Shown here in pieces: positions 24,926 through 39,300 of a DNA stretch of 49,061 bases; the stretch's first letter is position 1; each line of letters starts with the position of its first letter. This DNA comes from Pelomyxa schiedti. Its lineage: Eukaryota; Protista; Evosea. The stretch is from positions 1 to 49,061 of the forward strand of contig JAHLWZ010000914.1 in assembly GCA_020536535.1 (NCBI GenBank), written 5' to 3'. The translations under genes were made by a program, and so were the position numbers. Below the pieces are notes generated by a model, which was not told the origin of the DNA, did not search any database, and was given only the letters and a program-made list of their open reading frames with translations.

Positions 24926-26137
24926 ATGGTGATGCGCCTTGTTGCTGTTGTTTGTGCGCTTGTTGCTATTGTTGCCGCTCAGGACTACGTGAGTTTCCAC
25001 AATCTTTTCTTTTAGTTTCGTTGGGGATACTGACTCGGTCACTTTTTTTCCCCTTTTTTTTTTGTTTTTTTTTTGTTTTTTTTTATATTTTGTAGCCATG
25101 CACGTATACATCGTCTACTGGGATGTATTATGACCTGTCACCATTGTACCGCACCGCATCGTACGTAATTTCTTTTTTTCCGAAATGTAGAAATTATGAG
25201 GGCCTTATTTTCTTATTAGACAATCCGACTGGTATATCAAGGACTCAAAGAATAACGAGTACGCGAGTGATACCAATTTTTTACAGAAAACCAAAGAGAG
25301 CACTGACTTGTACTTTTTTTTTTTACCTTAGGTTCTTTGTCAACTTCTGTGGTCTTACACATACCACAGTATGTACCCCTGCTCAAGCTGTGTGCCAGAG
25401 GGCCAGCAACAGCAAGTTGTATGGTTGTGGAGAGGGCAAGAATCAAGCCTTCACTGACAGAAGTATCAATTTCTCCTCCCTGATTGTGCGGCTAATGAGA
25501 CAACACTAGCCACCGATCCAAGCAATGGTCTTACAGTGACTTACAGCAACGGTACTATGTGCTCCGCTGCTGGACGCAAAACAGTTATCGAGTTGCAATG
25601 CAATCAATCTATTGCCGGAACCTTCACATACGCCGCTGAGACCGCTTCTTGTGTTTATGGACTGTATGTATCTAAACAGTACCCGAGTTTCCCGCAAAGC
25701 TCATTCCCTGTACCCAAGAACATTTGTATCCAAATATGCTTGCCCAACCACACCCGGCAGCTCTGGTGGCATTGATATCGGCTGGATTTTCATCATCATG
25801 TGTGCCTTTAGTTCTTTTTTGGTTTTTACTTACACAATATAATATATAATACTAGTGCCATTTGCTGTGTTGGAATTTACCTTGGTGCTGGTGCTGTCTA
25901 CAACTGGAAATTCCAGAACAAGACCGGCATTGAACTTATTCCCAACCTTTCATTCTGGAAGAGCTTCCCATACCTCCTCAAGGTAAATTCCCATTTCGTA
26001 ATAATTAAACCAAATCAAACCCAAACCATACGTTTATTTTGATTATTACTCACAAAAACCTATAGGATGGAGTCATGTGGTCGATCAAGCTTTTCCCCAA
26101 AGAGGGATATTGCTCTGATGGTTACACTGCAATTTAA
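24926..26137 (+). CDS. ATG27 / cation-dependent mannose-6-phosphate receptor-like (MRH domain) type I membrane protein
   Basis: Signal peptide MVMRLVAVVCALVAIVAA. MRH motifs YYDLSPL, FFVNFCG, VTYSNGTMC...RKTVIELQC, CVY..FVSKYAC. TM segment, then YNWK...GIELIPNLSFW and C-terminal YTAI* (YxxPhi sorting motif). Confidence 0.85.
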
Positions 26138-29100
26138 TACAATGGTATACAATTTAGCAGTAGAGAATTTGATTTTTTTTCCATAGTTCCGATTTCCTGG
26201 GTACTGTGGGTAAACTCTAAAGAAATTGGGTGCATACAAGTGCAGTGCCCTGAAACTTGGTCTTGTTCTTGTTTAGATGCTAGTTGCAGGAAGACTTCCC
26301 CAAGTGACGTTTGGTAGAGTGCGTAATCAACAAGCACTTGGTGATGAAAGTATTAGTTGACTGGTAATAGCAGTAACGAACCCACCTCCTCTTTCCTTGG
26401 CCCCTTCCAACTCTTGGAAAGCTATTGCGAGAGTGAAGGTCGGTCCTCCAATGGAATAGACCCGGCGGTCCAGGAACTGGCTAACAACTTGTGCTCCAGG
26501 GAAAAGGTGTTCCATAGTTCTGCATTGTGTTAGGATGTTATCTGGTTTTTTTTGTTCAAACCCAGTGAAGGTCTCTACAGAGGTATCTGGAGCAAGCTGA
26601 ACAGAAAGCCGGTAACCGCCATTGAACTTTTCTTTGAGATGTTGCACAGATCCAAAGCATTGCAGCTCACCTGGATTATGTGAGATTTTATGTTACCAAG
26701 GCTTTGGTTCCGTTTTGGGCACCTTTGACTATTATAGCCAATTTCGTGCACAAGTTTTCCGCCTCCTATTCCCAATGAGATAGTGAAGTGAATGCAAGTT
26801 GACAGATACCTCCATGGAGTGAGTTGTTAGAACTACTGCTCGTTCGTGTTGTTCTCTTTCCTGTGAACAGTAACTATTGAAGGGCATTCAACCAAAAATT
26901 ACTCGCTGTATGACGTGCCATAATGCCCTGCGAGTTATAGGATCCATTCCAGTACTTGGTTCATCCAGGAAGAGAATTCTTTTTGAGGCGTCAACAAAAG
27001 TGTCTCAGAAAGGGGAAAATACTTATTTCCCGGAAGGGTAGCAATGGCAACACACAACTATTTTAAAAAATACATGTTACAGGTAAAGATGGGAATACAA
27101 AATACCTTTCGCCAATTTCCACCACTGTATACTTTGGCAATCCTATCAGCAACTTCAACCAAATCTACCAAGGACGTTATTAGAATAAGGGAAGCGAGGG
27201 TCAGAACCTAGATCTTTAATGACTCGGTTGACTACCATTTCTCTGATGTACTTTGGGGAGTGATGCCTAATTCTATAAAATAATTCAAGATGCTCACGGC
27301 TGCGAGTGTTAAGAAAAACGGTCAAAAGAATGCGACCAACCCTGTGAGGTAGTCAATTATGGAGTTCGCCTGCAAGCATCTTCCCAAAGGTTGGTGGGAA
27401 TAAATTGATTCCTTCAATCCTCTGACAAGTTGATTCTGTATTTGTATTCTTCCAGAAGAAACAGGTTGATCACCAGTGATCATACTAATCAGCGTCGTTT
27501 TACCGGCACCATTTGGGCTGTAATGTAAAGTCAGAAGAGAAGGAGAGATAGAAAAAGGAAACCCTAGTAGTCCAAAGCACTCTTCGGCAGCAATGCCAAA
27601 CGAAGTGTTCTTCACAACAGCATTTGTACCATACACTTTAGACACCTTATTAACCACAAGGATGTCATTTTCAGCTGTTCAACTATTAGATAATGCGAAA
27701 AAGATATTCATTTGTCAACTTTGTATCGATTCAACTCTCAGTCGTTCTTGGTGTACATCAGAATCTTCATGTGAGTCGTCACTCATAAGATCGCTGAACA
27801 AAGCATGAACGACACATTGATCCTGTGAGGAAGCTTACGTGGAGGACTTCTTTGATGTATTTATTCTTTGTGACAAATATTCATAAATGACCACGGCACT
27901 CCCAATTAGAAAAGTTTCCAGTGATATCGCCAACAAACTTAATGGAAAATGGCTGTCCCATGTAAATGCATCAGAAATTGAGGGTTCCTTCAGGGAATTC
28001 GCCAAGGAAGCAAGGTAGCTAATGTAGGAGTGAGACAGCCTTATCGCCACCTTATGGGGTGGCTGTGGGCACTGGAGAGGTACCTCATTCCAGCAATAAA
28101 CGCGGAAGAAGGGAGGCAATTGGCAATATATGGAGAGATTTCAAAGATCACCCTTCCTACTTGTCCAAATTCTTGTAATAGCAGAAGCAAAGAGCTTTTG
28201 GAAAGGTTGAGCTCTGCACAAAGGGAAAATAGGCTTACAGGATAAGAATTGGAATAAGAGTAACCCCGTAGTTGATTAGAACAATCCACTCTACTTTATG
28301 TCAATCTCAAGAAAAGAACTCAGTCCTACTTATGCAAAACTCGGACTTCGAGAAGAAATTCGAGACAGCGTGGTTCATAATAACCAAAGAAATTACGAAT
28401 AAGAGGCAGAGTAACATGAAGGGGATGAACAAAACGCCGGTCAAACCAGGAACCTAATTAAACTCACCATGGAAGGGTGAAAAAGTAGGAAACCTGAAAG
28501 GCCCAAAAAATGCACCAAACAATGGAGAGCCCAGGGAGCAGAATAATGATGTCAGCAGCCCAGTTAGTAATAATATATACTGAAATCCTTCATAGAGATT
28601 ACAAACTCATTCCCTCAGAAAAGGGTCAACCTGAGTCCTGATAAATACAGCTGCGACCGTATCATGGTTTCACGCTGAAAAACAAGGTGTTTAGCACCCA
28701 GGGCACTCACAACCATCAATCCTAGTAAAAACATGAAGTAGACATAAGTTGAGATTGATGCTGTAAAGTCTGACAAAAAATAGTTAGTTAAAATGTAGGA
28801 ATATCAATAAATACCCAATGTCGCACTAGGCAGAGGGTAACTACTACTCGTCAGGTAGTAATCTAAATTAAGAGCTGAAGCCAAAGAATTTGAGAAGAAA
28901 TTGAGTGATGCAACAGGTGAGCTTGGTTCGCTTTGATTGTATATCAACTAAAGGGTGTTAAGATATTGTGTACTTTGTTTTGCAGGAAAAATTACTGTGA
29001 CATTGAAAGATAAATCCTGGATGCTAAAACTATTAAAAACCAAGGCAAGAATGAAGCCTTGTTTTTCCATCGTATAGTTTTCCAGCAAGTACAGATCGGG

Positions 29101-32100
29101 CATGAGTGTGAAGTTGGCATCGATGCCGGCCGAATGAGAAGCATTGAAGAAATGGGCCACATCCTCCAGGTTGCATCCTATTTTAACAACTTAACCAAAA
29201 CAATGAAAAAGGGGGAGAAACCTGGAGACACCAGATAGGGAATTTCCAATGGAGTAAACTCAGAAATGGAAATTTTATGGTCTTCCGCATTGGCTTGAGG
29301 CATGGCATATACTGTGAACTGGATGGTACATGAGTATTTCTATTAATTAGAAACACGATACCTCCAGTGGAATTAAAACTATTAACACGAAGAACGCTGG
29401 TGAAAGAATAGAGAATAGGAGTTGTTTCCAATTGCGCTGTGATAAATGGTTTGTAAGTTTGTAAGTTTGTCAGTCTTTTGGATAGACTTACCCGATTGAG
29501 AAGAAACCTTTGTTTAGAAATAGCGCAAAATTGGTCAAAGAAATTTGCAGGCTTCTCCGTCATCTGAAATTCGAACTAAGAGCATGGAAGGTTATAAATA
29601 GGGGAGTCAACTTCCTCTTCCATCAACGGAATTTCTTCCTCAGGACCGTCTAGTATTTGAACTCCCATTTTGGCCGGAATAGCATCTTCTTCTCTGAGTT
29701 CAACTGCGTCTGTGGACTTATTGGCAATCCGGAGGAAGACATCTTCCAGTGAAGTGTTGGAAAGGCCATAGTTTTCTATATGTAACTCTTGTTTTAATGC
29801 ATCTAATTGCTGGATCAAGTAAGTAAAATGGAGAAGAGAAAGAAGCCACCTTGAAAAGAGGTCCAAAGTGATGGGTTTCTGCCTGAGGAAGTAGTACATC
29901 AAAGTTGTTGTGAGTATCATTGCAAAGTCTTGGCTCGGATATAAATTTGGAAATGACATTCAATACATCAGATGTCACACATGAATTCGCTTTGCTGACA
30001 TGAAGATAATAACCAGTGCCATATCTTTTGTCTTATAAGTGAATAATATCATAATTTTGGGAAGTGCCTTTGCTTCAAGAACTGCGGAGTCCCTCCACAC
30101 TGGAACTGTAATCTGATAAGAAAAAGTATACAAATTTCCGTAAAACCTTCCCATTAACCATAATGTAGATTCTGTCACTCAGAAAATCAGCTTCTGATGT
30201 TCTCTTAAGAGTTGGAAGGGAGAAGGAAAAGTGGAACCTTCCATGCTATGCGTGGTCAGAATAATAGTCTTATTTTCTTTAGTAGTCTTCAGTAGGTTCC
30301 ATATTTTACTCCGGGAAAGTGTGTCCACACCACTAGTCGGGGTAAACAGCGTAAACAAATGTGAGTGCATACCTGCTTGGCTCATCGAGAAATACAACTG
30401 TTGGCGTTAGTCTAAGTTACGCGGGAAAAAAACTGCACCTTTTGGGTCTCCAATGAGTGCAATAGCCAGTGATAACTTGCGTTTCATTCCCCCACTGAAG
30501 GTTTTTACAGCCTGCTTTGGGGGAGTCTGCAAGTCAACTGCTTCCAACATTTCAGATACCTGTGGACTTTAAGTGGCAGGAAGTATTCGGGGAACTACTG
30601 CAATGTCCATATGTGATGTTGGGATGCCTTTCAGTGTCCCAAATAGAGTCAAATGTTCTCGTGCAGTGAGATTTTCATAAAGTAAGTCGTGCTTGAGGCA
30701 GTTGTTGGTATTTTATGTTTTTCCCCTTAGAATTAACCTGTGGGCATACTCCAATTATCTCACGAATCTTATCAATTGCAGATGTTATATGGAAACCTTG
30801 AATGATGGCATCCTATGTTGTTGTAAACAATTCATAAGAGTTAAAAGAAAGGCCCACCCCAGATGTCGGTGGAAGTAAGCCTGTGAGCATTGACAGTGCC
30901 GTTGTTTTTCCAGCTCCATTATGTCCCAATAAACAGAAAATTTGACCTGTGCAGTTTCAGTATCCTCTTTAAAGAAAAATCCCAAACCTGGGAACAAAGA
31001 AGCTGTAATACCCTTCACAGCACGTACAGGTTCTGTAGAGCTTGTAGAAGGGAATGTTTTGCTCAAGAATTGCAGATGAACCCCCTTACACATACTTCAG
31101 ACTCCTACTCAATGTTTTTACACTACCTGACAGGTATCCACAAGTGTTGAGCAAGGTTCAAAGGCAGATGCAGATTCGTCATTAGGCTCTTGTGCCATCT
31201 CCGCTCCAGAATCTTCACTAAGTATAAGATGGAAGTACAAGCAATTAATCTTACCAAAAAGAGTAGGCATTGCGTTTTGCTTTTTGGGCAACCAATATGA
31301 CTTCATGAATGGAAAGTAGTAGGGTTTTGGTATGCCGTATTCTCCAGGATTCACTTCGTTAAGGTACCAAGCAAGAACCTTTTTTTTTTAAGGATAAATA
31401 TTCATAAAGAGTGATAATAACCATGTAAAGAAGAGTATCAATGAAAGTCATGGCCAAAAGAACGGAAAAAGATAAACGATCAGGTGGGGCAGTCTGGGCA
31501 ACTGAAAAAGTCATACTGAAAGGAGGTGAAATTGCAATGAAGGAGAAAGAACGAGTACCCAGTTTTTTCTATTTCACACTTGGAGATACAGGTCAGACGA
31601 ACAAAATAACAAAACCAGGGAGGAATACCAAAAGTATTTGATAGAGACCTGCACTGTTTGTTAACAGAAAAAAATGAAAGGACCTACCAAGGTAAAAATC
31701 AACAGGAGCTATCAAACTGAGGAGAATGTATAACCCCCGGTTAACTGGAATATAGGCCATCAGGCCGCCTATCAGATAAATCCACACAATACCAACAGCT
31801 ATTGCAACACTAAGAAAGGTGGGAAGGAATTCACTTTCAAAATCAGGTACGATTTGTTGTTCAAAAAAGCCTGTGCCATGAAGCAAAATGTAAGGATGCT
31901 ACAAGCGAATTCTAGGAAGAGCAGTAAGACAAGGATCCAAGAACTGCAGGGTGCTTAGGAATTCCTTTATTGTTTTTGTACCGGGTACCCATACCTGTAT
32001 TTGAACATTCCAGAAGCAATTCCAACAACAGCCATGATAAACGCAGAGAGTAACAGAAGGGTGCCAAGAGAGATGCTCCAGCTCAGCCAGTACACCTACT

Positions 32101-33247
32101 CCCTTTTTGTCAAGTGCAGGAATTAAATAACTCTTACATGAAGTTTCAGGCCCATCATACGAAGGTAGTCACGGACTTTGGAAGATTTTTCGCCAATCTT
32201 AAAAAATAAATGAAGATCATGGTAGAAAAGACCAATACCAGGTGAGTTAGAGCAAAGACAACAAGGGGAATAAATGCAAGTAAGAAAAAGGAGGGAATAA
32301 TTGCTGGTAATAACGACATAATATCCTTTCAACAAATTAAAGGAAGTGAAAGTGAACAAAAATTACCATGAACGGCTCATTACTAGGGAGTAACTTGGTG
32401 AGAATAGAGTAACCCAAAAGCTGTCCAGTTTGTGAACTCAAGTTGAATTGTCGTTCCAGAAGTGTCTGTTCAAGTGTATACTGCATCAGCAAGTAACCGG
32501 AAGAGTCATACAACGTGGCATTATAGAGGTAATTATACATGGAATTAAAGGCTGCAAAAGGAGGCAAAATAAGTAATTGAATACAAGTAATAGATATACG
32601 ATTTGCTGCAGAATCGGAGGTTGATGTGTCAGCAGGCAAAACGGAAGACGGGAACCGTATAGAATAGTTATTGTATGTGAAAGTATCGGTAAACACAATC
32701 CCTATTTTCCACTGAGAAAATTCCAAAAACAAGAACCTACCGCCAAAAACTGTCCCGTTATTGTCCTCATTATACTTATCAAACTCCTCAACGGTGGGGA
32801 AAAAAATAAGGTCCATAGAGACGAAAAATGAACTCTGGCTGGAATAAGGCACAAAAAGCTGGGGAGAATATAGTAGTACCTCCATAAGTTTTCTGTAAAC
32901 ATTTTGTCCAATGAGCCTTGTTTCATTATCATCAGGAACAACTCCCATCACACAACCAAATCCGGCGCAACTGAGGTAAGATGTAGAAGTGCCGAGATCC
33001 TCAACAGGTACAACAGGGTAGTCCATAACTTCAGGTAAAAAAAGTGAACCTGGAGAAAAGGAAAACCAAGGAAACCTTCATTGGAAGTCATGTCAGAAAC
33101 ACGAGCAAACATTAGAAAGTAAACGGCAGCCAGGAACGAGACGAGAACCGGGCACAGGCACTCACATACCGTAGATCTGATCTGCCTCTTTTGAAGCCAT
33201 ACGTTCTTCCGCAGCATAACGAACAACTGTGCCCTCGTCCCTGCCAT
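26134..33247 (-). CDS. Full-length ABCA-subfamily transporter (two TMD-NBD halves), many exons
   Basis: N-terminal [18 protein letters not shown]1: [29 protein letters not shown]|[29 protein letters not shown]2: FGLLG|[45 protein letters not shown]. Confidence 0.93.
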
Positions 33248-33679
33248 CTCTCCTTTATTTCGTCTTTTGAAGGGGTTGTCTTTTAATCAAGGTTTTATGT
33301 TAACTGGTTGTTTGTGGCGAAAAGTGAAAAGAAAAATTGATTGATCGAGCAGGGGCAGCACTGCCCTTTAATGGTGCCAAGAAAAAGGAAAACTTCTAGA
33401 AGGTGCTTCGCGGGTTTTCGTTTGCCCCATGGATCGTCGCCAAAAAGCCTAGGCTCAGATCTTTGTCAGTTCTTGCAGATCTGCTGCTAGCTGGAACCAT
33501 CCAGAGATTCGACAGGAAAACTCACACACGGTCTCACACCCTGAATCTGGATCTGGCTTATGATGCATGGAGATAAGAACTTACTTGGGTCTGTTTTCGA
33601 ATCATTTGTGTTGACTGATTCTGCCAGGGATTGTGGGAGAAATTAGAGACGAAATACAAGAAATACAAGTATTCTTTGA

Positions 33680-34285
33680 TCAGATAAACTTGAGTACAAG
33701 GGGGATAATGACAACAATGGCAATAACTAGGAGAATGGCAACAACTATCAGTATTATAATACAACAGAGCTAGAATAAGGTTACTGTAATGGACATCCAG
33801 AACTTTGTGTATACCTTCCAGTTTTTGCACCTCATATGAGTTTTTATTCCATGTGCCTCCTTTATAAAAACAGCCGCGTTTGACTCGAGATTGCCTGTGA
33901 AATTAACATGTGTAATGTTGTAGCAACATTAACTGGTGTTTGTTTGTGTTGGTGAATTTCCGTTTACTACCATAATATTAATACAAAGAGTGTCTGTGCT
34001 TCATTTTGCAAGGGGACAATTTCTTAATACACACTAGCTGCGACCTCCAGCTCATTTAGCTTTTGTTGATTGTTTAGCATCACAGCGACGTTTTCTGTCA
34101 TCTGTTCAGCCACGGCATGTACTTCCTTGTCTACTGCCTGCACCTTGTTGCTGGTAGTTGATTTGGTGCCACCCACCAATGGTGTGGATTTCCTAATATA
34201 ATGTGTTGTTGTAGTGTTTGCCAGTGGTTAGTGACGTGGCACCCACTTTAATTGCAATTGCAAACCTTGCTCCTTGTCCCGACAT
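33680..34285 (-). CDS. Short synaptobrevin/VAMP-type SNARE (brevin), four exons, Asn at the zero layer
   Basis: Spliced: MSGQGAR|KSTPLVGGTKSTTSNKVQAVDKEVHAVAEQMTENVAVMLNNQQKLNELEVAA|SNLESNAAVFIKEAHGIKTHMRCKNWK|LCCIIILIVVAILLVIAIVVIIPLVLKFI*. This is a SNARE motif followed by a C-terminal TM anchor. Not resolved by the ORF track. Confidence 0.85.
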
Positions 34286-34653
34286 TGTTGAGGCGACTGT
34301 TATTGAAAAAACGACAAGGAGCAAATGGTGCCGTTCCAAACGAAGGGGAAGAAGAAAAAATAATCAGAACTTTGTTTTCGGGGATGTTTCGCAGCTAGCT
34401 TAGGGAAATCCACCCTCCAAAGTGTGTTGACGGGACCCTTCGCAAACCTGGGAATAACTCTGCAGAGGTGCCAAGCAATCACTTTTTCCTTCAAGCAAGA
34501 AAAAGTCTCAGAAATGGCTTCTCCTCTTCCGACCTCACCCGATCAGCCTCATTGAAACCTCAACGCTGGTGAGCTCAACCACCATTATGGTTCTCGTTCA
34601 TTGGGAAGTCCCAAATCCGAGGAGGGCCATTCCCCTAAAGGACAACAAAACAG

Positions 34654-36011
34654 ATGAGCACCGCTTCGGCGACGACGAGCGCGACGGCGGGGGTGCTGGA
34701 GCTGCCGTTCCCGCCGTGCACCTGCGACCCCGCGCACGCGGCCAACCTCGCCCGCGTCCGCTCCGCCGTCCTCAGCGGCCGCCTCTCCCGCCTCCTCGTG
34801 CAGCTCGTGCTCCCCTCGCCGGTGGACGCGACGCCCGCGGCACGGGAGGGGGCGCAGCTGGCGAGGCGGCGCGGCGCCAACTTGGGGTACGTGCAGTCCG
34901 TGCTCGTGCACTACTACGTCGCGTCGCTGTGGAACTTCAGGTGCGCCACCTCCGTGGTGCCGCCCATTCCACCTACCGTGGTTCCGTCGCCGTCTTCGGC
35001 GACGGGATCGGCGCCGCGGCGGGATTGTGGGAGGGGGGAGGAGGATTCGGTTGGTGTTGATGTCGATGTTGTTGATGTTGGTGGGAATGTGGCTCCAATT
35101 GCAGAGAGGATGGAACAGGTTCATGCTATGGTTGGATTCTCTGGAACTGGAACTGGAATTGGGAGGAGGGTTGCTCAGGCCAATGAGGCAAGGGCCAGGG
35201 CTGGGATACTGAACCCTCTGGTTGAGATAGACCTGGGGGAGCCGGGTGATGCGGCTGACATACTGGCTGAGCTCAAGTGCCATGTGAGGGACCCTGGGTG
35301 CTCGGGCGGGCACCACCCAATGTGCCCGTATGCTTCGGAGCCTGCGGAGCCGCCGCAGGTTTTCCCGGATGTGTGCCTTGGTGGTACATTTGACAGGCTC
35401 CACGCTGGGCACCGGCTCCTGTTGCAGACCGCGGCATTCGTGTGCAGTAAAAGAGTTCAAATTGGATTGACAGGTGTGGCTTTCCTTGCACTACCGTAGT
35501 TTTTCTAATACTTCCGCACAGACATCTCCATGCTGCATTCTAAGGCCAACATCAATATGATTCAACCATTCAGTGTCCGGGAAGCAGCCGTTAGGGAAGA
35601 ACTGATGGCCCTCAACCCAAATTTGGAGTTTCTGGTATTTCATTTTTCTCCGCTCTTCGTGCCGGAATTTATTCCTTTCACAGATTCTTCCCCTGACTGA
35701 TCCCTGTGGGCCAGCCCTTTATGTTGATCTTCCGGCAACATTAGTTGTCTCTCCTGAGACTCTTAAAGGTATATACGCCATAAAACCCAATTAGCCGCTT
35801 TACTTTATCAATTATACTTACAAAACCCACACAAACAGGTGCCCAGTATATTAACAACAAACGGGCAGAATCCAACCGGGGGCCACTTTCCACAGTCATG
35901 ATACCATATGTACCATCACCTGCATGCCTTGGATCAGGCAAAATAAGTTCCTCTGCAATCCGTGAGGACGAAAAGAAGAGAGCATCACCAACACCCCAAC
36001 AAAACCCTTGA
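34654..36011 (+). CDS. Eukaryotic-type phosphopantetheine adenylyltransferase (cytidylyltransferase family)
   Basis: VCLGGTFDRLHAGHRLLL (HIGH motif), IQPFSVR, PLTDPCGP, LVVSPETLK|GAQYINNKR, KISSSAIR. Stop at 36009-36011. Confidence 0.88.
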
Positions 36012-36345
36012 AAAAAATAGAGGAACCAAACAAAACATTTTTTCCCACAATTGCAAAAGTAAAAGAATCGTTTGACAACTAAGTCCCACAACGCAACTGC
36101 GTGCTCCGACACAAAAACGAGGGGATGACATTGAACACAATGGTTGCTTCTGAATCATTATGATTTCAAATTTGTTCTCTGACACTTTTTTTCCATTGTA
36201 TGGAAGGCCAGCTTTCCAAAATCGAAAAAATTGCATTCAAAAAGCTTAAGGAAAGGGACATGCTTGAAAGGCTAATGGGCATGGGGAACAATCTCCTTGA
36301 AGTGAGGAAGCATGACACAGCCAGTATCACATGATTGTCACATGA

Positions 36346-39300
36346 TCAAGAGGCTGGGAGGTTGAGGAGCTTGAGCCTGGCCTGGGCTACTGTGTAATCA
36401 CTGGGGTTCTCATCCAAGTACTGTGTCATAGCCTGTGCAATTTGGTCTGCAAGTTCAACACTGGGTGTGGTGCTGCGGTCCTCTGTTTGTGTATCTTGGT
36501 TCAGAGGTTGTGGCTGTGATTCCGTTTGCGGTTGTACTTGTACTTGTGGTTGTGGTTGTGATTGTGATTGTGATTGATCTATATCATTGACTTTGCTGTA
36601 GAGGAGGGTGTCAAGGGGTTGATAGGCCGCAATAAGCTTCCTCTTCTCTTGTGTGAGGCTATATTGGTGAGTTAGATATAAAGGGATGTATGTTTAACCT
36701 ACGCAGATGTTAGCCCTAGGAATTCATGTACAAGAACCGGGTGTTTGAATCCCCGCACCTTGAATGCGATTATTCCGGGCGGTGTCATTGAGAACAGAGA
36801 GGGAATCCCCACACCTTGATGTGACCAAGGGCTCTCCACGAAAAGACATTGTGGGTTTTTGCCGCATCTCGTATACTGTCTGATACAAGGACTGAAGTTC
36901 CGAGTTCCTTATTAAGGGGTTCCAATCGGCTGGCCAAATTCACTGTGTTTCCTGACCGTCCGTGAACTGAAGGTTGGAAGTTGAGGGGAATGGAAATACC
37001 TAGTACGGTGTAGTTGAGCCGGTGGCTTGATCTTGAGAAGATCAGAATAAAAAAAGAGAGATAATTTCATACCCAACGTTACCGGCTTTTACTTCTCCTG
37101 AATGTAACTGGGGAGAAAAATGTAAATGAAAAGTAAAACGTGGGACTCTTATACACACTCCAATCCGAACCCGCATTGTTGGAAGTGACTTGGCAGTAAA
37201 AATCATGTTTAATTTTGAAAGCGAATCCAATATATCTGCCACAGCTTTGCAGGCATGAAACTCTGAGTTGTGATCGATAACCGGGCATCCCCATAAAGCC
37301 TGCGTAAAGATGAATAAAATAGAGACGAGTCACTAGAGCTCACCATGATAGCATCTCCAATGTACTTTTTATCGCAAGATAAAAAGAGTGGTTGAGTCGT
37401 GGGAATGAATATGTAATGCTTACCTTATCAATGCAACCATTGTGTCTGGTGATGATGGTGGAAAATGACTCAAACATTGCCGAGAGAATTTCAATGATAG
37501 ATTGTGCACCATGTTTTTCCATGTTTTGGGTCTGGGAATAAGAATGAATCTCATTATAGTAAGCAACGGAAAATATTAACATACAAAGTCTACTACATCC
37601 AGAAACATTACTGTACAACGCATTGTACTGACCCCGATAATTGGTTTCATGTTGTTTTTGCACAAGTATCTTGAGTCAATGTACATGTGAAAAACGGAGA
37701 ATTCATTCTGATAAATTACCTCACAACCTGTGTGGGAACATACCTGAAATCATTAGATCAAATGGCACAGCAGATTACTTACTGGCTGAACGACTCGAGC
37801 GCAGCCTGCATTCTTGTGACCTCAGAATTTAACTGCATAAAGATGAGAAAGTGGATAAGAGTCAGAAACTTACGGAATCAATTTCCTGAAGTATACTGTT
37901 TTTCAAATCAGCGTTACTGTCACTCCTTTTTTGTATTAGGGTAAGCCAGTAAAATGGAACTCTGACTTGGTAATCTGTCCCCGTGATACTCTTTGAAGCT
38001 TCTTGATCACGTCTCCGAGTGCTTGGGCCAGCACAATGGATAGTCCAACACTGATCGCAATAGCTAATAGCCCAATGAAAAATTCAGCAGAGAGCACTAT
38101 CCATAATGACATCCGCGAGTCCCGAACTGCCTTATCTTGTTCCTCATTGATTGAGGCCATGAAGTCCTTTTTTTCGTGTTACAACCATCAAGAGGGAGGA
38201 ATGTACCCTACTTTCTCGGGGGTAACCAGAAAGAGCCACAGAAGAAGGCCACCATTTACACGAATAGGAACAACATCAACATAGGTAAGGTCTTCGGCTA
38301 TTGTCATTGTAAAGTGGCTTTCTGCAAAGCTGGAAGAATAAAGCCACTGCGATATCAAGTTATGAATACGGTGGGTGTGAAGTACTTGGCAGACCTGCGC
38401 ACACGTTTCTCTGACGACTAATACAGAGCAGTTAGGAGCGAATATATCTGCATCAAGTGACATGGGAAGACCAGCAGTGCCAGCAATTATTTTCAAGCTC
38501 GGGTTTTCAGTTAAGAAAGCGAGCCCATTGGTGGTAAGGTTGAAGGTCATGAAAAAGTCTTGGAGGAATGCCAGAGTGAAGGTGATCTGAATTACAACTG
38601 GCACTGAAAGCCGGGGTCTCAGTGTGTAGGCAATGACCCTACCGTCATTGGCATTGGCACTCAAATAGACAGAGGTCCACGAACCATTCCATGCTGTGAG
38701 TCCCAGGTTCCTTTTCCTGTGAGATTAACATAGAGGAGAAAGACTGCAATACCACCAATCTCTGCTTGGCAGATTGTAATCTGGAATAGCCATTACCATT
38801 TCTGTGGTGAAAGTATTCCCACGTAGTGCAAAGAGCGTCAAATTTGAGGAGATGCTGCTGTCATAGTAACCCCAAGAGTCACGCCAGTCAGAATATAACT
38901 GTTCTCCAACAGTGTTGACCCATGCGACAATCTACGGGTAGAGTAAGGGAAGGGCGTAATTCATTCGTCGATAGAGAGGCACACAAGGTTGTTCACTGGG
39001 AACTGGTCAACCAAAGCCCGGCAAATGAGTTGAAATGCACTACTATCATTATGAACAGGGACCGTAGAATTGTATGCCGATTCTGGAATGGCAATTCTTA
39101 CCAGGTCTCCAACCATGGGCGGAATGGATAATTCTGACGAAACAGTTCCAACAGTCTGGTCAACCAACAAGGATCGATAAACATTGATTTCCTAAAAGTA
39201 GAGTAATTCCCTTGTAATCTTTAATAGAAGAGAAGGGTGTACGTACATCAGTTAAGCTGGAAGTACAAGTTTTTGTGAGGGAGTTGAGAGAGGAAAACCA

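Noticed and set aside
27107-27131. ABCA NBD2 signature YSGGNWRK (Trp where Lys is usual) as a dead ATPase site
   Set aside because: The SGG core, Walker A, Walker B DE and H-loop are all intact, so one substitution is insufficient evidence.
33340-33560. Short hairpins upstream of ABCA (gggcag-ca-ctgccc) as an ncRNA
   Set aside because: The stems are short enough to arise by chance, and there are no tRNA, snoRNA or snRNA consensus boxes.
34585-35460. Long antisense or alternate-frame ORFs over GC-rich exons (also 5527-6129, 22587-23019, 43039-43641, 43803-44261)
   Set aside because: They are explained by stop-codon scarcity in GC-rich coding DNA, and the opposite or main frame carries the recognisable protein.
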